Origin: an uncultured delta proteobacterium
GTDB lineage: Bacteria > Desulfobacterota > Binatia > Binatales > Binataceae
Assembly: GCA_963815255.1 (NCBI GenBank)
Contig: CAWFGH010000005.1
Span: 453,627-517,626 of the forward strand
Direction: 5' to 3'
DNA: 64,000 nucleotides
Made by a program: the position numbers and the translations under genes. Below are positions 33,215 through 42,917 of this stretch, one piece after another; within the stretch, counting starts at the first letter, position 1; each line of letters opens with the position of its first letter. The notes beneath the pieces were generated by a model. The model was not told the origin of the DNA. It made no database searches and saw nothing but the letters and a program-made list of their open reading frames with translations.

Positions 33215-33295
33215 GGCGTTACTGGGTCACCGGGTTATGGGATTGCGGCGAGGCGTCGAGCGCAGCGGCTGGGGTCACCTCGCGCTCGGTCGCCG
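33215..33295 (+). repeat. repeat module R3, isolated tail copy
   Basis: GTTACTGGGTCACCGGGTTATGGGATTGCGGCGAGGCGTCGAGCGCAGCGGCTGGGGTCACCTCGCGCTCGGTCGCC matches the tails of copies B and C. Confidence 0.7.
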
Positions 33296-33420
33296 ACCGT
33301 CCTGCATTTCATTTGACGTAACCGTGGTGTGGCTGGGTAGCTTTTTGGCCGCATTGTTATTTATGATGCGTTTGGACCCCGGTGACGCATGTTCTTGTCT
33401 TCCACCTGAGGAGGTCTCTT

Positions 33421-33567
33421 ATGTCACCTCTCTTACTGATTCTGATCTTGATTTTGCTGTTTGGCGGTGGCGGCGGCTACTACGCTTACGGCCCATATGG
33501 CGGAATCGGAATCGGAGGCATCGTCCTCATCATTCTGCTCGTGTTGGCGCTCACTGGGCGGCTGTAG
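33421..33567 (+). CDS. DUF3309-like small membrane protein
   Basis: MSPLLLILILILLFGGGGGYYAYGPYGGIGIGGIVLIILLVLALTGRL, 48 aa, is the typical composition of this family. Confidence 0.65.
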   Translation: MSPLLLILILILLFGGGGGYYAYGPYGGIGIGGIVLIILLVLALTGRL

Positions 33568-33659
33568 GGCTCACTCGCGAAGTCGACGCGCCCGCCGCGA
33601 GAGAGTTTCTCAGGCAAGACTTAGCAGAAAGAAAACCACGGTCCCGCTCCAGGTGATCC

Positions 33660-33956
33660 ATGCGAACACAGCTAAACATCATCGATGGTAAGGGGACAAC
33701 GAAGAAGCTCTCCCTGTTCAGCAGCAAATCGAACTCCGGCGTGCATGTCGTCGTGAGAACGGAGCAGTCCGCCGATCCCCTGGCCCTTGATAAAGCCCAC
33801 CAACCTCTCGGACACGTCGTCGCTCCGGACCAAGCAGCGCTCTGGCAGGAACTGATGGGTCATCCTAAGAGAATAAAATACGCTCCCAATTATGATTTCA
33901 CACTCCCGGCCGGCATCAAGGGAGAGGCGATTTGGTTTGACTTGGACAACGGCTAA
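33660..33956 (+). CDS. hypothetical protein
   Basis: 98-aa ORF with lower local G+C. No motif. Confidence 0.35.
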   Translation: MRTQLNIIDGKGTTKKLSLFSSKSNSGVHVVVRTEQSADPLALDKAHQPLGHVVAPDQAALWQELMGHPKRIKYAPNYDFTLPAGIKGEAIWFDLDNG

Positions 33957-34043
33957 TCGAATCGCCTTCACGCTCGGCTAAGAAGGCGGAACGCGGATGC
34001 GGCGGGTTAGGTTGAACGGATCGCCCTGTGTTAGTCGTGTTTT

Positions 34044-34217
34044 ATGGCTAGGCAACCGTCCAAGCCTCCGGCGCCTCGACTCAGCGTCTGGGGCGCAACA
34101 GGCGACCCAAACTGCCGACGCCGCACGTTGACCAGTGCGCAGTATGCTGAGAAGCGGGCCGACCTGAACGCGAAGCTGTGGCAGATGACGACGACCGAGC
34201 GCGAGCGGCGACACTGA
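34044..34217 (+). CDS. 57-aa basic protein, paralog of the ORF ending at 43133
   Basis: My translation is MARQPSKPPAPRLSVWGATGDPNCRRRTLTSAQYAEKRADLNAKLWQMTTTERERRH. It shares RRxLTSAQ[YF]AE..R..L..KL.Q[ML]T..ERERR with 42918..43133. It falls below the ORF-track length cutoff. Confidence 0.4.
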   Translation: MARQPSKPPAPRLSVWGATGDPNCRRRTLTSAQYAEKRADLNAKLWQMTTTERERRH

Positions 34218-34278
34218 CCGACGGCGGCACCAATAGAAGAGCGCGGCGCACGACGTCACAGATAACCGATTTTCGAAA

Positions 34279-34596
34279 TCAGGCGGCGTTTCGGCTGCGC
34301 AGCCGGGGCGGACTCAGCAGTTTCTTTCGGTCGTCGTCATCGCTGGGTAAGCGCTTGCCAGGGCAGCGCTCGCTCAACCAGCGCGCCGTCACTTCGTCAT
34401 CGAGCCGGCAAAAATAAACCGCCGAAGTATACACGGCATAAACAGCGCCTGACGAGAGAACGGTCACAATGTCTCGATCACAACTGCCGCACTGGTAGTG
34501 CACCACGCCCTCGCCGGATTCTAACTTCAGATGAGGTTCCTTCCTTTCGAGCCACTGATGTTCACCCGAGATCCGGTTGGATGTGTGGGCAGCCAT
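34279..34596 (-). CDS. hypothetical protein abutting the IS5 left end
   Basis: The track ORF 34279..34734 runs into the IS inverted repeat. The internal Met at 34596 gives 105 aa that lie entirely outside the IS. Confidence 0.3.
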   Translation of the reverse strand: MAAHTSNRISGEHQWLERKEPHLKLESGEGVVHYQCGSCDRDIVTVLSSGAVYAVYTSAVYFCRLDDEVTARWLSERCPGKRLPSDDDDRKKLLSPPRLRSRNAA

Positions 34597-34612
34597 AAGT
34601 CGCCTCGTCTTC

Positions 34613-35944
34613 CTAGCAGGCTGTTGAGAAAATTTCTCTGCGATGTGATCGACCGATGAATTTGCATGGGTATAGTTGAAATAGGCCAGTGGGGTTGCGG
34701 AGGAAGCGGAAGATGCGGGGACATGATCGGCCACAGACGACGATGTTGACGTTGGTGAACCCCGAGAAGAGGGTCCCTGCGAACCATCCGATAAGACTGA
34801 TCAAGGCGCTGGCTGAAGTCGCCCTCAAAGAACTCTCGCCGCTGTTCGAGCAGATGTACAGCGAAGTGGGCCGGCCCTCAATCCCGCCGGAGCGGTTGTT
34901 GAAAGCCTCGCTGTTGATGGCGCTGTATACGGTGCGCAGCGAGCGGATGTTCTGTGAACAGTTGGACTACAACCTTTTGTTCCGCTGGTTCCTGGATATG
35001 AATTGGGACGAGCCGAGCTTCGACCACTCGACCTTTAGCCGCAACCGCGCGCGCTTGCTGGAACACGACGTGGCAGGCGAGTTTTTCCGCACGGTGGTGG
35101 CGGAAGCTCGTGAGTTGAAGCTGACCAGCGATGAGCACTTTACGGTGGACGGCACCCTGATCGAGGCCTGGGCGTCGCTCAAGAGCCTGCGCCCCAAGGG
35201 CGAAAAGCCTTCCGATCGCACTACTCCCGACGACCCCGGCAATCCGAGTGTGGACTTCCATGGCGAGCGGCGCGGCAACGCGACCCACCAGTCGACCACC
35301 GACCGCGAGTCCCTGCTGGCCAAGAAGGGCGCGGGCAAGGAAGCGAAGCTCTGTTACTCGGCCCACGCATTGATGGAGAACCGCAACACCATTTTGATCG
35401 ACTTTCAGGTCGAGCCAGCCGATGGACATGCCGAGCGGCGTGCCGCGCTCGCGATGGTCGCCGCGCGCCTGCCCGGCAGTCGCCGCATCACGGTGGGCGG
35501 CGACAAGGGCTACGACACCCGTGACTTCGTCGCGTCCTGCCGCGCGCTCAACGTCACGCCCCACGTGGCACAGAACCTGGCACGGCCGGGTGGTTCGGCG
35601 CTCGACGCCCGCACCCTGCGCCATCCGGGTTACGCGGTCAGTCAATGGATCCGCAAACGGGTCGAAGAGACCTTCGGTTGGATGAAGACCATCGGCGGGC
35701 TGCGGCGCACCCGCTATCGCGGGCGCCAGCGGGTGCAGATGCATGCCTATCTGGTCGCCGCCTCCTACAACCTACTGAGAATCGCCAGACTCAGTGCGGC
35801 GCCGGCATGACACCGACTCCTACAACCCTGCTTCACCGACCCCTGGTGTTCGAAGCTTTCGCCCAACACAACTAAATCCCGGTGTGTCTGCCACAAACTA
35901 ACGTGAAACTGACTAATCAAACCCTTTCGTCAACAGCCTGCTAG
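34613..35944 (+). mobile_element. IS5-family insertion sequence (about 1.33 kb)
   Basis: Terminal inverted repeats CTAGCAGGCTGTTGA at 34613 and its reverse complement ending at 35944 flank a single DDE transposase gene. Confidence 0.8.
34713..35810 (+). CDS. IS5-family DDE transposase
   Basis: MRGHDRPQTTMLTLVNPEKRVPANHPIRLIK...GRPSIPPERLLKASLLMALYTVRSERMFCEQLDYNLLFRWFL is a typical IS5-group N-terminus. Confidence 0.9.
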   Translation: MRGHDRPQTTMLTLVNPEKRVPANHPIRLIKALAEVALKELSPLFEQMYSEVGRPSIPPERLLKASLLMALYTVRSERMFCEQLDYNLLFRWFLDMNWDEPSFDHSTFSRNRARLLEHDVAGEFFRTVVAEARELKLTSDEHFTVDGTLIEAWASLKSLRPKGEKPSDRTTPDDPGNPSVDFHGERRGNATHQSTTDRESLLAKKGAGKEAKLCYSAHALMENRNTILIDFQVEPADGHAERRAALAMVAARLPGSRRITVGGDKGYDTRDFVASCRALNVTPHVAQNLARPGGSALDARTLRHPGYAVSQWIRKRVEETFGWMKTIGGLRRTRYRGRQRVQMHAYLVAASYNLLRIARLSAAPA

Positions 35945-36029
35945 ATAAAGTTTCAGGTATTTTAATAACCGAAATGTCGAATTCAAGAGCTGTCTGTCTC
36001 CTTAGTCAAAATCTCCATGAGCGGTCACT

Positions 36030-36075
36030 GATGGAACAACAGCAATGTTTTAGATGGAACAACAGCAATGTTTTT
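36030..36075 (+). repeat. 23-bp perfect tandem duplication (x2)
   Basis: GATGGAACAACAGCAATGTTTT(A/T) is read twice in a row, in an intergenic region right of the IS5 element. Confidence 0.9.
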
Positions 36076-36398
36076 AGCGCTACTTGGCGATGGCGCGCCG
36101 CTTAGCTACGGACCACTTTGCCTACAGGCTCGGCGTTGGCTTCTGCTTCGTGCGTGCGCGTGGCCACAGGTGCGCATATGGGTGGGCTCGCTTCTTAGCC
36201 AGACATGCGCGATGCGCGACGTGCCAATCGACTGACCCTTGAAAGACCGTCAAACCAAAAGGGCCACCGCATTGGACGCCGGCAATAATAGCAGCGAGGC
36301 GGAAAACGCATCCTCGTGAACCATCCATTGAATGTGAGGCTGGTCACTCTACTTTGGACCGATTGCCGATGGCAATTTAAATGCGCATGGGGCTCCGT

Positions 36399-36465
36399 CC
36401 GGACTTTTCCATTTCAAAATTTACGGCCGAAGACTTCTCGATTCAGCGATTTCTCGATGCGGTTT
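36399..36465 (+). repeat. repeat with family-1 head, subfamily 3
   Basis: CCGGACTTTTCCATTTCAAAATTTACGGCCGAAGACTTCTCGATTCAGCGATTTCTCGATGC. Confidence 0.7.
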
Positions 36466-36682
36466 GCCGGCTTCGAGCGGGGATGCTTAGTTACTCTACG
36501 CTCAGCTCCCGCGGCCCGCAGAGAAATTTTATTGGAGAATCCGGATCGGCCGCCGACCTGGCGCACAGCTCCGGAAGCGCTCAGTGAAGGAGTGCGAGGG
36601 TGGGTGAGAAAAGGAAAACACCCGAGTCACCCCTGTGGGCTCCGGACCCGGTTTGCACCAGATTGCGAATCATGGGGCGTTC

Positions 36683-36874
36683 TTACGCATTGGTCAGAGC
36701 GGAATCGACCCCCTTGGCGAGTGAACCGATGTTGTTGCCCAGCGCCTTGTAAGTGCCGTACACCACCACCGCGATGGCCGCCAGGATGAGCGCGTATTCC
36801 GTCATCGTCTGGCCGCGGGAGTTGCGAACCACCGACTCGCGTGCGCAGATGAATATCTTTGTTATTATTCCCAT
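36683..36874 (-). CDS. flp: Flp-family type IVb pilin
   Basis: 63 aa. RGQTMTEYALILAAIAVVVYGTY is the Flp prepilin processing motif followed by the hydrophobic segment. Confidence 0.8.
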   Translation of the reverse strand: MGIITKIFICARESVVRNSRGQTMTEYALILAAIAVVVYGTYKALGNNIGSLAKGVDSALTNA

Positions 36875-37001
36875 CTCCCAACATCCCCCTACATCTCATT
36901 GCCCTATTGGACGTCGGTCGAGTCTATATTTTTCGTCTAATGCTGTCTAGAGAGAACGTTACGATAAATTACGTCTCAAAACTTCTCTAAAATAGAGCCG
37001 G

Positions 37002-37270
37002 CCAGACTCTTCGAAAGAATTTTGTGCGAGCGGTCAGCCGCCCGTTTCCACGACTCTCCGATCAGAAATCGCACCCCCTACCCCCATCCGCACAGCCGTG
37101 GCGACCGAGGCTCGAAGCCTCGCGGTCGTCGAGAACCTCCGCGGCCGCGGCTTGGGCCACGAAGCAACGAGCGCGGCGCCGCGGTGCGGGCGGGTGGCTG
37201 GATTACCGGGTGACGGGGTGTGGCGACACGTCGACCGCAGTTGGCTGGGTACTTCGCGGCTCAGTGATTG
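37002..37270 (+). repeat. dispersed repeat family 1, long copy C
   Basis: Head CCAGACTCTTCGAAAGAATTTTGTGCGAGCGG, then CAGCCGCCCGTTTCC, ACCCCCTACCCCC, the perfect hairpin CGAGGCTCGAAGCCTCG, and a tail ending GCGGCTCAGTGATTGC. Confidence 0.8.
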
Positions 37271-37921
37271 CAGCCGACCAAGCATTCAGCAACTCCCCCA
37301 GCCTGCGGTAGCGTAGAGCGCGACACGCGTCGCAAATTGTGCTATCTATCGGTCGTAATCGCTTAACCGCGGGTCAATTTAGCTGTGGACGATAATGCCA
37401 AGCTAAGGCTCTGCGCCTCCGTATGTATGTGCTTTGCGCTGAGTGCGCGCGTTTGATCGATCTCAGCGAGGGCAATCGGTGTTGAAGGTAGGGACATCAT
37501 CCTGCATGTTGCCGAGGAACACGACCCCTGGTTGAAAATGCTGGGCATAAACGAATGAAAACGAACCCGTTACCGATCATCGCGCTTGGCATTCTACTCG
37601 GCGCTATTCTCATCTACTTTGCATTCTAGCCCGCGAGACTAGCGGCAACCTCGAGCATAGTGGCGGGGGCTGCTTCGCGGCTCACTGACTAAGACTCGGG
37701 AACTCGTCGCGTCCGAGGTTCTCGGCATTACCACGCGATCTCTTTCGTATATTTCCACGGGCATCTGAGACCACACACTTGGTTTCCTATTAAAAAGCTC
37801 GTCATACGATCCTGCAAGCAAACTCCGTCCTATCTGGGCCTCTGCTCTAAGGGTTCAAAATTACGGAATCACAATTGCATTACAGATTGTAGTTGCTAGC
37901 CTTATTGCGAGTTCTTCCAAC

Positions 37922-38281
37922 ATGGATGCGCCAAACGGCAGGATTCTGGTGGTCGACGACAATGCGCACGCATTGCGGGCTATGTCAGAGTTACTGAAGT
38001 TTGAAGGATTCTCCGTTCTCACCGCACAAAACGGCCTGGACGCTCTCAAAAAGATGAGGACTGCTGATCACATTTCTCTGGTTCTGCTGGATCTCTGGAT
38101 GCCAGTGATGGACGGGTGGGAGGTTTTACGCCGAAAGAGAAGCGCGGCCGACATAGCAGATATCCCCGTGGTTGTGCTTTCAGCGGTCGCACCGGATTCG
38201 CTAGACGGTGCGGACGAGGTCTTGAGGAAACCAGTCGATCTAAGACCCTTTGTAGATACAGTCAGACGACTCAGCAAATGA
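37922..38281 (+). CDS. single-domain response regulator (CheY-like receiver)
   Basis: ILVVDDN, LVLLDLWMPVMDG, VVVLSA and a conserved KP. Confidence 0.9.
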   Translation: MDAPNGRILVVDDNAHALRAMSELLKFEGFSVLTAQNGLDALKKMRTADHISLVLLDLWMPVMDGWEVLRRKRSAADIADIPVVVLSAVAPDSLDGADEVLRKPVDLRPFVDTVRRLSK

Positions 38282-39196
38282 GGATGCGTAACGATTCAGC
38301 GCATCGGCTGGTCGAGGCTCATATGATGAAAGGTGTTAGCCCTACTAAGCTTTGGAATCTGGCATCCAAGTTGACCAGTCTCTGCGTTAAACCGGACCGG
38401 TTGCTCTGAAACCATGGGAGCAGGAAATTCGCGATTACGTGATCACCGCGAAAAAACCCACTTTCTTTGCTCAACACAATCTCGTTAGGTGGGGCAAGCT
38501 CAAAGGCCTCGTGTAGTTACGTTGGCGAGTCTGAAATTGCACTCGGTCAGCTCACTCGGCCTCACAGAGTCACACTCAGAGGCAGGGCTGATCGGTTTTA
38601 TACCGTCAGGCGACGCCTAGTTTGCGCCCTACCTGGACAATGCAATCTTTTCTGCTCTGGCGCTTTGGTAGATATTTGTTGGTGGGCTTGGCGTGAGTTT
38701 CGCGCTGAGTGCGCCGGCGAGCCCTCTCGTACACGGTGCAGCCATGTCGCCCGCTCCGGCATGTGCGGTTTGCTTTCCTCGGGGTCGTGCGATACAGCGA
38801 CTGGGACCATTGCCGCCGAGAGAACGAAACGACACACTAAGTACCGAGTCACGGGCGTGACTTCCTTGAATCGTTCTCCGAAAATAGCTTTTTTGACACG
38901 AAAGACTAGCAGGGACCAGCGCCTTTCATGAGATAACCATGCATTCATGCGTGTTTGATTCTGCAAAATTGTCTGTGACGATTACTTTTCCTCTGTTGAG
39001 TAGCTCGCGATTAGTTGCTTGGGACCACCACTACGTATAGATCTGAGTGTCTGCATGCACAGGTCAGCGCGTATCAATTTTCGAGAATGCCGCCAATGTT
39101 TAGTTGTGTCCAGCGTTGCCAGCCGCATAGCACTGAGAAGGGCCGACCCAAACGCACCAACTGCTCAGTCCAACCCATTTGCGAGATCCAACTGGA

Positions 39197-39685
39197 CTAC
39201 TTCGACGTTCTGTTTGTATTATGAGCTATGTCAGCGCTTTGGTCAGAGGCACGTGGAGCACTGCCCGAACTAAGCAAAATTAATTTGTTAGCCGAGATTC
39301 CTTTATGCTCGAAATAGCTCGCCACCGCTTGGCTGCGTCGATTGACCAAGACAGAGTTGCGACCGGTGTAATCTTTGCTCGTATTCTGAGCGGAACGGAC
39401 TTTGACATAGATCAATGATTCTGGATTCTGCTTGATGGCCAGTGCTGCGTAATCCAGGAGCGGCATCGAGTCTTTGTCGATCTTGTCGCTTCGAGCTCGA
39501 AAACGGACTCCGTGCAATACGATTCGCTCTGCGGTAGCGACATGGGGTGTTCCGGATCCGGCTGCCGGCGGTCCCGTAATCACCCGCGTCTGAGCCTGGG
39601 CCACAGAGGCAACTCCGACAACCAACGCATAAGCGCCGGCGATTAGCGCGACGCTTGCCTTGAGAACGATACTTTCGAAGTCCAT
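39197..39685 (-). CDS. OmpA-like domain protein with signal peptide
   Basis: N-terminal hydrophobic leader ending AQA. VRFRARSDKIDKDSMPLLDYAALAIKQNP...NRRSQAVASYFEHKGISANKL resembles an OmpA/MotB C-terminal domain. Confidence 0.6.
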   Translation of the reverse strand: MDFESIVLKASVALIAGAYALVVGVASVAQAQTRVITGPPAAGSGTPHVATAERIVLHGVRFRARSDKIDKDSMPLLDYAALAIKQNPESLIYVKVRSAQNTSKDYTGRNSVLVNRRSQAVASYFEHKGISANKLILLSSGSAPRASDQSADIAHNTNRTSK

Positions 39686-39741
39686 GGTTTTTACACCTCT
39701 ACCGCGCCCTTTCTCGGATTGACCGAATCATTTGACGGTCA

Positions 39742-39975
39742 TTACTGCAGCGGCACCATGGTCAGTGGTACCGCCCGGCACAAGGCGATCTCGTGTTTCA
39801 AGAGCGCGGTCTGCTCGCGGCACCGATTCGCGTAATCATTAGCCGACACCTGGTTCTGCTGAGGCGTTACCGATTCAAGACTGTGAGAAGGAGCTATTGT
39901 GCAGCCGCTCATCAGGGACAACACGGCTCCCACAATCGTGGCGCGAGCAATGTTGCGGATACTGTTCGCTTTCAT
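39742..39975 (-). CDS. small lipoprotein
   Basis: 77 aa with lipobox LMSGC after a hydrophobic leader. Confidence 0.5.
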   Translation of the reverse strand: MKANSIRNIARATIVGAVLSLMSGCTIAPSHSLESVTPQQNQVSANDYANRCREQTALLKHEIALCRAVPLTMVPLQ

Positions 39976-41298
39976 AGATCAAATGCTTCATCTGACGAGG
40001 TGACGAGGGTTGCCTGAATTACAGATCGCGCGCCTACCCAGATCTAACTGAACAGCATCAACCGTGCCGCGAAAATTTCGAGCAGTTATAATACTGGCGA
40101 GGACGTCCTTGCGCCAAAATTGCGGGCGGTCGGCCAGTTGGGGGAGGGTCGGAAAATATTGCTAGCAAAGGACAGAGCCAGGGACGAAGGCTCATTAAAC
40201 TCGGGACCTTTCCGGTACAACAATTGCGGGCCTGGCTCTCATAGGAGTCGTCCAGCGAAGGCGCTGAGACTGCCTAGGATTCCGTCCAGAATGAGATATC
40301 GCTGACTAGAAAAGGAAAGCGACAAAACCGAGGATTTTGAAGGCTTGCGCGAGAAGCTGCTCAGATTGAGTAGCAACTCGAGGAGATCGAACGCCAGGAG
40401 CGGTTTGGAGCTGACACCTAAGTCTAGAAGAGGGAAAATTAAAATGTCGCGAATATTTCCGCTTTTACTTGCCATGCTTCTGGTGTGGAAACAGTCAGAC
40501 ACTTTGTCTGATCGAACGAAACCAAGCGCTTGCTGGGGGGAACGGAAGTCGGGCCCGGAAAAGTTCCCAAGGCTACACAGTTTCGCAGATGCGACCACCT
40601 TTTGGTGAGACTCTTGCCCCCTAGTCGCTCAGCGCGGCGTGCCGACAGAGCCGGACGTCGATCACGCATTGGCGTCTCTTGAGCGTCTCAGTGATATCGC
40701 CGAGTCGATGATGCGGCCCTGGACGAGCTGCTCATGCCCTCGTAGCTGCGCAACTGGGCAACCGCGCCACCGCGGCCGGACGAAAGCGGCTCGCACAACG
40801 ATGGGATCGAACAGACATTCCAGCTGAAGTCTAAACTTTTCTTTTTGAGGCTAGTATCGACAAAAGAAGGCTAGGCCATTTTCTTGACACTATCCCTTAT
40901 GTGCACATATTCTGATGTGTAGGGGATTGGTTCCCCTAGAGAAGACCTTCTAATACGGTTGGGTTTGTGGCCGGGGGCCGGCCGCTTCCCAACTCTCTGC
41001 ATTCTTCTCTTTGGCGTTCAGAGGTGGTGGTGGGGGGATGTGGTTTGAATAGCACTTTCTTTTCGAGCGAGATGGCCAGGTCAGTGGCGCTCCTGCCCGA
41101 GGAGCCGCTGGCCTCGGAAGTCCGGGCACTGTTGAACAGCATCACCAAAGTGATCGAATGCGCCACGGGCGGACATGGACGATGCGCCAACAGCGTGTGC
41201 GGATGCCGCTGTCACAATGTCGCGCCCGAAAGCAGCGGACGAGCATGTTGGCGCTAACTGGGCGGCTGTAAAGTTCGCTCACAAAGTCGAGGTCACCC

Positions 41299-41345
41299 GG
41301 CGACGACGCGAAGCCGATGCCGCAATGCATGATGGCGGGGTTGCT
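41299..41345 (+). repeat. repeat module R2 (copy 3)
   Basis: GCGACGACGCGAAGCCGATGCCGCAATGCATGATGGCGGGGTTGC. Confidence 0.8.
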
Positions 41346-41367
41346 TCGTTGCTCGGCGTGCCCATCC

Positions 41368-41505
41368 GGGCGAGGCGTCGAGCGCAGAGCCGGGTTGCTT
41401 CGAAGCCACTCGCCGGAGGGTTCTCTACCGACTGGCTCGAAACCCGAAGCGGGACCGCTATGAATGCGGCCCCGCTTCGAGGTGTCGAGCGAATCACGCA
41501 ATACG
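41368..41505 (+). repeat. repeat module R3, long copy
   Basis: GGCGAGGCGTCGAGCGCAGAGCCGGGTTGCTTCG...GCGGGACCGCTATGAATGCGGCCCCGCTTCGAGGTGTCGAGCGAATCACGCAA. Confidence 0.75.
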
Positions 41506-41507
41506 CA

Positions 41508-41861
41508 TCATGGAATCGTCAACGTGTTGGTACCTTTGATTTGAAACCATTCAAAAAGGCCTAGCGCGCCCGTTGCTGGAGGTGGTCCCAGAACGAAACC
41601 TGTCATCGTGTAAGTGGTGGTCCCGGTCACGTCTTCAAAGACGCCGGTGCCGGCAACCATGTCGTCCGTTTCGGTAGCGGAGAAAGTCCCGGTTGACGGA
41701 CTGAAGCAGCCGCTTTCCGACTTGCCGAGCCAAAAGATAGATCCGTTCTCCTGGTCAATCGCATACACAATGCCCACTAGCTTTGTATCGAACCCATTCT
41801 CGCTCTCACCGAAGATGCCGGTGAATTTGCAGGGGGTAGTGCCGGTGCTGTACTCATTCAC
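41508..41861 (-). CDS. hypothetical protein (possibly fused with the upstream ORF)
   Basis: 117-aa ORF with a GTGA overlap onto 41858..42181. Thr/Gly-rich. Confidence 0.35.
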   Translation of the reverse strand: MNEYSTGTTPCKFTGIFGESENGFDTKLVGIVYAIDQENGSIFWLGKSESGCFSPSTGTFSATETDDMVAGTGVFEDVTGTTTYTMTGFVLGPPPATGALGLFEWFQIKGTNTLTIP

Positions 41862-42181
41862 GCCTTGACCGTGAAAGTCACCACTAAAAGAGCGCTTGTG
41901 TTCGCACTCGATGCTTCCGCAAAAGTGTTCAGGGCCGCAATCGAAGTCGTACTGCCATCGAAACTGAAAGACCCACCAATGCTCACAGCCGTCCCCCTGT
42001 TAGTAACCGTGCACTCGATGGTTTTCGCCTGAGCCACCGTCGCCAGCAACAGGCCCGCAGAAAGTGTCAGACAGCACCCGCCGACTTGAAAAGCATTCTC
42101 GTTACCTCCTCGTTCGAGTTGGCAAACAGCCCAAAGAACCGGCTGCGGCAGGTGCGGCAAGAGAGGAAGCGCGGGCCGCAT
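41858..42181 (-). CDS. hypothetical secreted protein, start unclear
   Basis: Signal-like CCLTLSAGLLLATVAQA. A GGAGG plus ATG sits out of frame just upstream, suggesting another indel. Confidence 0.35.
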   Translation of the reverse strand: MRPALPLLPHLPQPVLWAVCQLERGGNENAFQVGGCCLTLSAGLLLATVAQAKTIECTVTNRGTAVSIGGSFSFDGSTTSIAALNTFAEASSANTSALLVVTFTVKA

Positions 42182-42357
42182 TAGCGCTCAATGCGAGCCG
42201 CGGCCTCCCATCGGCGCGCGAGTAGGTTCCGCAGACGGCACAAACCGAGCGAAGCGCATGGTCGCAGCGCGTAGCGCCGGATCATCCGGCAGAGTTCAAC
42301 ACACCGTCCGTATCATCCCCAAGCGCCATGATCTCACCCGGAATCCGGGATGCGCTA

Positions 42358-42891
42358 TTAGTCGTCGTCGCGCCCCGACCTCGGGAGCGTTATGCGGAAC
42401 TGGAAGCCGGTTGGATCTAAGCTTGTCACGGTAACCTGTCCGTTACCGGGAAACTTGCCGCTTGAACCCACGAGCGTCTGGATGTAGGTCTGGCCCACTC
42501 CCGTAGATATCGGGACGATTCCGATCGTTGCAAAAGTCCCGTTCGGACTGAAGTCGAACTGCCAGGTCACAAAGCCCTGGACATCAGGCGCCGCAGGCAA
42601 ACCCTTAGGTGATCCCAATCCTGCTTGGAGACTCACATTGGCATAGAAGGTGCCGATCACCGGGGTGTTAATATCGGAGCATTGTTTTACCCCACCCATG
42701 GGAATCGTTCCTTTGGGAAAAATATTCGCTGCCACAGTGAAGGATGCGCCAGCCTTGGTAAGGTCATCCTGGGTGGCGAGGTCCGATACGCCGGCGCAGA
42801 TGTCAAAGCTCCGCGCCGTCCGCGCCATCGCGGGCATCGCGGTCGCGAACACCATCGTCGCCGCCAATCCGTACTTGATTAAACCCTTCAT
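42358..42891 (-). CDS. secreted hypothetical protein
   Basis: Strong RBS (AGAGGAGGAATAGTT-ATG) and signal peptide MKGLIKYGLAATMVFATAMPAMA. Confidence 0.6.
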   Translation of the reverse strand: MKGLIKYGLAATMVFATAMPAMARTARSFDICAGVSDLATQDDLTKAGASFTVAANIFPKGTIPMGGVKQCSDINTPVIGTFYANVSLQAGLGSPKGLPAAPDVQGFVTWQFDFSPNGTFATIGIVPISTGVGQTYIQTLVGSSGKFPGNGQVTVTSLDPTGFQFRITLPRSGRDDD

Positions 42892-42917
42892 AACTATTCC
42901 TCCTCTAGGCCCTATGG

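Noticed and set aside
36030-36075. CRISPR array or ToxI-like RNA antitoxin array
   Set aside because: There are only two repeat units with no spacers, and no cas or toxN-like gene nearby.
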